NCBI RefSeq assembly: GCF_020969955.1
Contig: NZ_JAHDSX010000024.1
Location: 1-32,000 of the forward strand
Reading direction: 5' to 3'
Source of the DNA: Allobaculum fili
GTDB lineage: Bacteria > Bacillota_I > Bacilli_A > Erysipelotrichales > Erysipelotrichaceae
DNA length: 32,000 bases
A program made the position numbers and the translations under genes. Positions 26,750 through 32,000 of the stretch are shown piece after piece (the stretch's first letter is position 1; each line of letters begins with the position of its first letter). Below the pieces are notes generated by a model that was not told the origin of the DNA, made no database searches, and was given only the letters and a program-made list of their open reading frames with translations.

Positions 26750-28246
26750 TCATAGCCCATGCCAGAAGCTTCCACGATGCGCGCGAGATGGATCAGGAAA
26801 TCCGGAATGCGATCCAACCGGAATATTGCCGAGCTCCACGCCCATTTTTTCTTCGCCCTGTTCATCGTTTCCTCCGGCATAAAGCAGGAAGGTCGGAACC
26901 GGCTTCTTATCGACGACTTTCAGAGCGCCGCGGAAACCGATCTTGCCGATCTGATGGGCGGCACAGCTCGACGGGCAGCCGGAAATATGAATCTGCGGCA
27001 GAGCGTCATCGGCGACGCCGGCTTCGCTGACTTTGGCCAGAATCGTGCGCAGCAGATCCTGCGAATCGCGCAGACCGACCTGACAGATGGACGCACCAAT
27101 GCACGATTCGGACGTTTCGAACGCCGTCCGCGCCGCTTCGGATTCAATGATTTCCAGAATCTGACGGGCTTCGTTTGCAGTCAGGTTAATGATATAGGCC
27201 CCTTCGTCCGGGGACAGTCGCATTTCGACCTGATCCATATGTTCGAGAGCGCCGGACAGACGGCCGAGCGTTTCGATCGAAGGAACGCCGCCGCGCGGAT
27301 GGAAGAGAACGCTGTACAGATCGCCGTTGGTCTGATGCTTCACGATGAAGGACTCTTCGAGCGGTTCGCCCTCGCCTTCCTTGTGAATGCGCAGATCTTC
27401 AAAATTGTCTACATACAGGTTCTTTTCTTCTTTGAGCTTGCGGAATTCCTTGTCGAATTCCTCGATCAGACGATCGCGGCCAAGGCTTTCCTGCAAATAG
27501 CGGGTTCTGGCTTTGGAGCGGTTTTCGTAGTTGCCGTATTTACGGAACAGGCGGATCATCGCTTCAATGACGTACAGAATCTTACCCGGTTCCAGGCTTT
27601 CTTTGACTTTTACGCCAAATTTAGGATTGTTTCCCAGACCGCCGGCGATATAGACATCGTAGCGGCCGTCTTCTCTGGCTACAAAGCCAAGATCGCGGAA
27701 CGTCGCATGAGTGACGTTGGATTTCGAATTGGAGAACGCGACTTTCAGCTTGCGGGGCATTTTGTCCTGGTCGATGAAATCGAGCAGGAATTCAGCAGCC
27801 GCAAGGGCATGGGGCATAACGTCAAAGTATTCTTCTTCCACGCCGCTGAGCGGAGAGCACATCACGTTGCGCGGATAGTCGCCGCCGCCTCCGTAGCAGA
27901 CGATGCCGACATTGGGGGCCTGCTCCATAATGTCGCAGACGGTATCGACATCGAGATCGTGCAGCTGGATGGTCTGGCATGTTGTAAAGTGCGCCATCTT
28001 GACATCGTGCTTGCGAATCATTTCAACAATAAAGCGCAGTTTTTCCGGCGTGACGCGGCCGCCGCTCATACGCAGACGCAGCATGCTTTTCTGGCCGCCG
28101 CGCTGGGCGTAGCTTCCGTATTTTCCGGAGAAGCCTTTGTATTCCTTCATATTCATCTGGTGATTGAAGAATTTTTCCGCTCCTTCGCGAAATTTCGGAA
28201 CGACTTTCTTATATTCATCGTAATCGACAGGTTTTAAAACAGACAT
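26750..28246 (-). CDS. Siroheme/[4Fe-4S] nitrite/sulfite reductase family protein (ferredoxin-type, single polypeptide); the C-terminus appears frameshifted
   Basis: The cluster/siroheme Cys motif is C-X5-C (SCIGASIC) ... C-X3-C (GCPSSC). Nitrite/sulfite reductase ferredoxin-like half-domain repeats are present. There is an AGAGGT RBS. The plausible native C-terminus (DRIPDFLIHLARIVEASGMGYDAWEKANPDGVKEAAADYLI) continues in another frame down to 26689. Confidence 0.8.
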   Translation of the reverse strand: MSVLKPVDYDEYKKVVPKFREGAEKFFNHQMNMKEYKGFSGKYGSYAQRGGQKSMLRLRMSGGRVTPEKLRFIVEMIRKHDVKMAHFTTCQTIQLHDLDVDTVCDIMEQAPNVGIVCYGGGGDYPRNVMCSPLSGVEEEYFDVMPHALAAAEFLLDFIDQDKMPRKLKVAFSNSKSNVTHATFRDLGFVAREDGRYDVYIAGGLGNNPKFGVKVKESLEPGKILYVIEAMIRLFRKYGNYENRSKARTRYLQESLGRDRLIEEFDKEFRKLKEEKNLYVDNFEDLRIHKEGEGEPLEESFIVKHQTNGDLYSVLFHPRGGVPSIETLGRLSGALEHMDQVEMRLSPDEGAYIINLTANEARQILEIIESEAARTAFETSESCIGASICQVGLRDSQDLLRTILAKVSEAGVADDALPQIHISGCPSSCAAHQIGKIGFRGALKVVDKKPVPTFLLYAGGNDEQGEEKMGVELGNIPVGSHSGFPDPSRAHRGSFWHGL

Positions 28247-28611
28247 GGATATTTACCTCTATTCCACTTCAGTATAATACAGTGCATTTTCTGACACCCC
28301 TTACTTGAATCACAAATCTGAGGATTTTGACGTGCGGCTGTCTCCGCCCGGCTTCGTTTTTGAAACGTGTATATATCCTTTGCGGTTCCTTTCCTGCTCA
28401 TTTCGGATAAAAAGAGCGTCTTCTCTGTTTTCTGTTCAAAATCTGGAACCTTCTATCTTCTTCCCCTTTTCTGGACTGCGCAGGATCCGCCTTGCTTCGT
28501 TCGCACGGAGTGCCCGCTGGATTGTGGAATATCACGCTATTCCTTCCAGGCTGCGAAACATGTCCTCGTGCCTGTCCGATTCGTCGGCTCTGGCGGCTTT
28601 TGATCTTTCCG

Positions 28612-28640
28612 TTGAATCCCCTTTTGGATTTCTTTATAAT
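28612..28640 (+). promoter_or_regulatory. Sigma-A type promoter of tRNA-Leu
   Basis: TTGAAT (28612-28617), a 17-nt spacer, then TATAAT (28635-28640), 9 nt before the first base of the tRNA. Confidence 0.65.
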
Positions 28641-28649
28641 GAACACGTT

Positions 28650-28736
28650 GCCCGCGTGGTGAAACTGGTAGACGCAGTGGACTCAAAATCCATCGACAGC
28701 GATGTCGTGCCGGTTCGAGTCCGGCCGTGGGCACCA
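28650..28736 (+). tRNA. tRNA-Leu (anticodon CAA), class II with a long variable arm and encoded CCA
   Basis: Manual fold: acceptor GCCCGCG/CGTGGGC; D arm GTG-AAACTGGTAGA-CGC; anticodon stem GTGGA/TCCAT with loop CTCAAAA; variable arm CGACA-GCGA-TGTCG; T arm GCCGG-TTCGAGT-CCGGC; discriminator A, then CCA. Confidence 0.9.
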
Positions 28737-28750
28737 TTTTCGAACTTCAG

Positions 28751-28773
28751 TCCCCAGATCTGGGGATTTTTTT
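28751..28773 (+). terminator. Intrinsic terminator downstream of tRNA-Leu
   Basis: TCCCCAGATCTGGGGA is a palindromic hairpin followed by TTTTTTT. Confidence 0.7.
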
Positions 28774-28787
28774 ATGAAACGAAATAA

Positions 28788-28819
28788 CGCGCAGATCCAT
28801 ACGGAAATCTGCGCGTTTT
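28788..28819. terminator. Second, bidirectional hairpin terminator between tRNA-Leu and the convergent McrC-like gene
   Basis: CGCGCAGAT-10 nt-ATCTGCGCG forms a 9-bp stem, followed by TTTTG on the plus strand and TTATTT on the minus strand. Confidence 0.55.
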
Positions 28820-28870
28820 GTTATGCGGGGTGAACAATGAAATCAATCCGCTCACTTAATCGCCGCTCAC

Positions 28871-31108
28871 TCAATCGGATAAATCCGAATGAACTGCGTC
28901 GTTTAGAGGTTCTTCGTTTTTTTGCGCTGTATTTTCGTCGATCCCGTTTTCCGGCTCCAGTCCGGAAAAATCGACAGAGCGATCGACCGGCTCCTCGACC
29001 GGATTATCCTGTGCCGGATCCGAATCGAGCGAAGATGGGGTCATAGGCGGGAACGCTTCCTGATCTTCCGTGGCCTCCATCGTTTCGAAGTCTTCCTCAA
29101 ACGGATCTTCGGGGTCAGCCTCATCGGGATCAAACAAAGACGCCTGCGAGAGTAGTGCCAGCGAGGCCAGCGGCGATTGCGAATCCAGATTGGCGGGAAG
29201 CAGACTGTCGCTGTCCGAAACATTTAGCGGCCGCTCGTAAATCGCTCGGGCCTTTTCGATCTGATTGGTAAAGAGACGCTGCAAAGCTTCAAACTGATCG
29301 GCCTGCCGGGTTCCCGGATATTCGTAAAGCGAAATGATTTCGACCTGCGGAAAGATCGACTCCGAATCGCGGACCAGATCGTAAATCGAGCGGGCGATGC
29401 GCAGACGAGTCTGTACTTCCGGATTTCGTCCATTGAATACGTAAAGACCGGTAATCTGATCGTCCGGATGAATCGGCGAAATGGAAAACAGATACTTGAA
29501 GATCAGCGGGAAAATTTTCTGCTTTTTGACATCGTGCGACGTGGAGTACTTGGCATCGCCGAGAATGTAGCGGGCGCCTTTCCACTTTGGACTTTCAATG
29601 CGGAATACGTAGTCCGGCGTGTAGTACGTTCCATAGGAAGATTCTTCACTGCCCTTGATCGGCATCGAAATCGATGTGGAGCGGCCAAGGCCGGTAATCG
29701 CGCGGTCTGGATGCTTGTGGTTGTAGATGACCGGCTGATAGTAAAGCGTGATTTTCAGATCGTCCTTCTGATAAATGTAGACGTTGTTGATCTCGGTGTT
29801 CTTATAAAACGTATCGCTTTCAAACGTGTAGTTGACCCGGTACGAACGGGTGCGCTGAAAGCCGCTGCTTTCGAAAAACTCGCCCAGCTTCGTCAGAACG
29901 TACACTTCATACATTTCCGTAATCTGCAAAAACGTTCGAACGAAGCGAAGATCGCCGACACTCACGTTTTTCCTCGCGAAGCAGCGGCTGATGCTTTCGT
30001 AAATCAGACGGTATGCGGGCAGCTGACGGAACGCCGGGGTCAGCGTCGGCGCTTTTTTCAGTTCAATGAGTCTGGCCGGAATGGCACGGGAATACACCTG
30101 ATACAGATAACGGAACCCCGCGAGCAGATCCCGCAGTTCGTTTTCTGTCGAATCAAACGAGTTTTTCATGACTTCGTACAGGAAGGCCGCAGAGTTCTGC
30201 ATGTTCGTGATCGTCTTGTCATGAAGAACCGACCGGGCAGGAATCAGCTTTTTCTCCCTGGCCAGTTCGGGAATCATGGCTTCAATATCGTCGCAGACAC
30301 CCTTGAGAAACGAGAGAGTGACCTGATTTTCGTACACATCCGTCGTACTGAGCGTCTGATCGACGTGCGAGAGATCGGGAATATATGTGTTCATTCCAAT
30401 ACGCAGACCGACGCGGGAATCGCGAACACGATGCAGGGCTTCTGGATGTCCCAGCAAATACCGCACGCTGGCCTGCATGGACTGGCTGCTGCCGTTCTGA
30501 GAGTGAAGCGCAGCTTTTCTTGGCCGCAGGCGAATGAGCCGCCAGGACCGTTCAAAAAGCGTCGCGGTCTGCTTGAGCTGACGGATCTTGTCTTCAAGCG
30601 AATAGTAGCCGGGCCCTTTAGATCCTTCCCGGGTATCGTAGTCTTCCCTGGTTCCGTAAAAGAGCATCGGATTGTGACGGGCAATATAGGCGCCCATGGA
30701 ATTGACGGAATAGTTTTCGTCCGTCAGCGGCGTGATGACTTCGATGTAGTCGGAGTAAAACATCTGAGCCGGTCCGCTGGCGTAAGTCACCCGGATGGTA
30801 AAGCGCGCAAAGCCAAAGGCATCGGCGAAAATCGATTTCGACCGGCCGCCGGGCGCGAAGTAGAGACGGTTGGTATTGGCGTAGTAGGTGGCACTGATCG
30901 GATAGTGGTTCAGCTGAACTTCCACATGCCGTATGTAGCCGGCACGCGGAACGCTGAGCTGCGCCGAATACGATCCCGTGGCATACACCTGGGCTTTCTG
31001 CGCTTTTAACAAATAGGAGAGCGGCAGTACTTCATCGGCCGGATGCAGCGGAACTTCGATCAGTTCCGCCCGGTAGTCGTCATAAAGCCGCAGTACGCTT
31101 TCGGACAT
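28871..31108 (-). CDS. McrC-like protein: DUF2357-type N-terminal region, PD-(D/E)xK nuclease core and an acidic disordered C-terminal tail
   Basis: The nuclease motif YYTPDYVFRIE...ARYILGDAKYS fits PD...D-x-K. The N-terminal region (SIFADAFGFARFTIRV...SDYIEVITP) resembles DUF2357-family proteins. Its ATG at 31108 overlaps the stop of the upstream AAA+ gene as TGATG. The GTG-initiated extension to 31180 is rejected. Confidence 0.68.
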   Translation of the reverse strand: MSESVLRLYDDYRAELIEVPLHPADEVLPLSYLLKAQKAQVYATGSYSAQLSVPRAGYIRHVEVQLNHYPISATYYANTNRLYFAPGGRSKSIFADAFGFARFTIRVTYASGPAQMFYSDYIEVITPLTDENYSVNSMGAYIARHNPMLFYGTREDYDTREGSKGPGYYSLEDKIRQLKQTATLFERSWRLIRLRPRKAALHSQNGSSQSMQASVRYLLGHPEALHRVRDSRVGLRIGMNTYIPDLSHVDQTLSTTDVYENQVTLSFLKGVCDDIEAMIPELAREKKLIPARSVLHDKTITNMQNSAAFLYEVMKNSFDSTENELRDLLAGFRYLYQVYSRAIPARLIELKKAPTLTPAFRQLPAYRLIYESISRCFARKNVSVGDLRFVRTFLQITEMYEVYVLTKLGEFFESSGFQRTRSYRVNYTFESDTFYKNTEINNVYIYQKDDLKITLYYQPVIYNHKHPDRAITGLGRSTSISMPIKGSEESSYGTYYTPDYVFRIESPKWKGARYILGDAKYSTSHDVKKQKIFPLIFKYLFSISPIHPDDQITGLYVFNGRNPEVQTRLRIARSIYDLVRDSESIFPQVEIISLYEYPGTRQADQFEALQRLFTNQIEKARAIYERPLNVSDSDSLLPANLDSQSPLASLALLSQASLFDPDEADPEDPFEEDFETMEATEDQEAFPPMTPSSLDSDPAQDNPVEEPVDRSVDFSGLEPENGIDENTAQKNEEPLNDAVHSDLSD

Positions 31109-32000
31109 CAGCTGAAGAACTGATAGAACTGCATGGAACCGTCTCCTTTTTCCATGATTTCCTTCAGTTTTCTGCCGCACTTAATGAGTCCGCCTGTTTC
31201 GCAGACTTTTTTCATTTTTTCCAGAATGGTACGGAACTGGTGCGAAGACCCGTTGATTTTCGGAAGCAGACGCTGGAGTACGGCGTAGTCGAGCGCCATC
31301 GTGCCGGCATCACTATAGGCCTCGTCTTCATCGGGTACAAACCAGCGCAGAGCGGTCAGCACGTATTTGCGCAGCGCGCTTTCCGAACGGATGGAAACCG
31401 TAAGTCCGGCTTCCTTGAACAGAGCGGCCAGCGACTGATACACGTCTTCAAGCGCGCTTGGCAGCGTCTGGCTGTCTTCCTGCGGCAGGAACACTTCGTC
31501 AAGCTGTTCGTGCGTAATCAGCGAAGAGCGGAATTCGTCTTCCAGAAGCGGTCTGGCCGGCTTGAGCAGCAGACGCTTTTCCGGCATCGTAATGACCCAG
31601 GCACGGTCCAGCAGACGGCTGCTTAACGGTTCGGTCGTGTGGTCGGACTGAATGGCAGCCGCAAAATGCAGAGTCCTCGGAATTTCAAACGTATACGTGT
31701 CGCCCAGCGCGATCGTACCGCGGATGGCGGCGTTTTCTTCCATGGACATGAAGTCGGCCCAGTAGTATTCCATGCTCGACAGGTTGGCATCGTCGAGAAG
31801 GACGAGCGCCGGGAGCGAATCCGAGCCGCTGTTTCCGCGGCTTTCCTGATTCAGAATGCTGAGCAGATCAAACAGACGCGGATCCGCTTTTTCAAAGGAG
31901 CGGGTCAGCGAGTTGTAAAAGCCGATCAGATCGCGGCGGCTTGACCAGCCGCGTTCGACGCTGACGGAGACAAAACGGGAGCAGTACGGAAACTGCGGAT
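31108..32000 (-). CDS. McrB-like AAA+ NTPase, C-terminal roughly 296 codons only (5' end outside the window)
   Basis: The minus-strand frame is open to the window edge (...PQFPYCSRFVSVSVERGWSSRRDLIGFYNS...). LVLLDDANLSSMEYYWADFMSMEE aligns by eye with E. coli McrB IIDEINRANLSKVFGEVMMLME. FEIPRTLHFAAAIQSDHTT...LLDRAW aligns with YVPENVYIIGLMNTADRS...ALRRRF. The Walker A region is not in the window. Confidence 0.62.
   Translation of the reverse strand, partial: PQFPYCSRFVSVSVERGWSSRRDLIGFYNSLTRSFEKADPRLFDLLSILNQESRGNSGSDSLPALVLLDDANLSSMEYYWADFMSMEENAAIRGTIALGDTYTFEIPRTLHFAAAIQSDHTTEPLSSRLLDRAWVITMPEKRLLLKPARPLLEDEFRSSLITHEQLDEVFLPQEDSQTLPSALEDVYQSLAALFKEAGLTVSIRSESALRKYVLTALRWFVPDEDEAYSDAGTMALDYAVLQRLLPKINGSSHQFRTILEKMKKVCETGGLIKCGRKLKEIMEKGDGSMQFYQFFS

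Noticed and set aside
28305-28787. A 160-aa plus-strand ORF spanning the tRNA-Leu gene.
   Set aside because: It runs through a perfectly folding tRNA, its promoter and its terminator. There is no SD, and the sequence is Ser/Phe/Arg-rich and non-protein-like.
1-32000. A search for CRISPR arrays, IS elements or transposase genes, integrases, rRNA and prophage genes.
   Set aside because: I found no regularly spaced direct repeats, no terminal inverted repeats flanking a transposase-like ORF, and no recombinase-like translation in any frame.

Overview
This 32-kb window looks like a Bacillota (Firmicutes)-type chromosome with moderate GC. Almost every gene is on the minus strand. All assignments come from reading the ORF translations and the DNA by eye; no database search was run.

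**Positions 1-19,200: mainly a conserved housekeeping block.**
- Genes in order: a lipoprotein, rpsO, hemW, lepA, fmt, rpsT, holA, a GPR1/FUN34/YaaH-like membrane protein, greA, mltG, DUF1292, ruvX, an IreB-family protein, alaS, recD2 and mnmA.
- alaS carries a recognisable Ala-specific T-box leader.

**Positions 19,200-32,000: the accessory part.**
- A small ORF followed by an XRE helix-turn-helix (HTH) gene, next to an AT-rich divergent control region.
- A triple-fusion siroheme synthase (SirC-CobA-HemD) that keeps an internal SD-ATG at the first fusion joint.
- A Nudix hydrolase and a FecBCD/BtuCDF-type ABC importer.
- A siroheme/[4Fe-4S] sulfite/nitrite reductase whose C-terminus is split by an apparent +1 frameshift.
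- A tRNA-Leu(CAA) with a near-consensus promoter.
- Directly beyond the tRNA, a translationally coupled pair: a divergent McrB-like AAA+ NTPase (5' end outside the window) and a 745-aa DUF2357/PD-(D/E)xK McrC-like protein with an acidic tail.

**Best candidate.** The McrBC-like pair is the best candidate for a poorly described defence system. It is only partly visible.

**Not found.** I saw no CRISPR array, IS element, integrase or rRNA. The very long plus-strand ORFs antisense to alaS, the reductase, the McrC-like gene, mltG and the lipoprotein gene are codon-register shadow ORFs, not genes.
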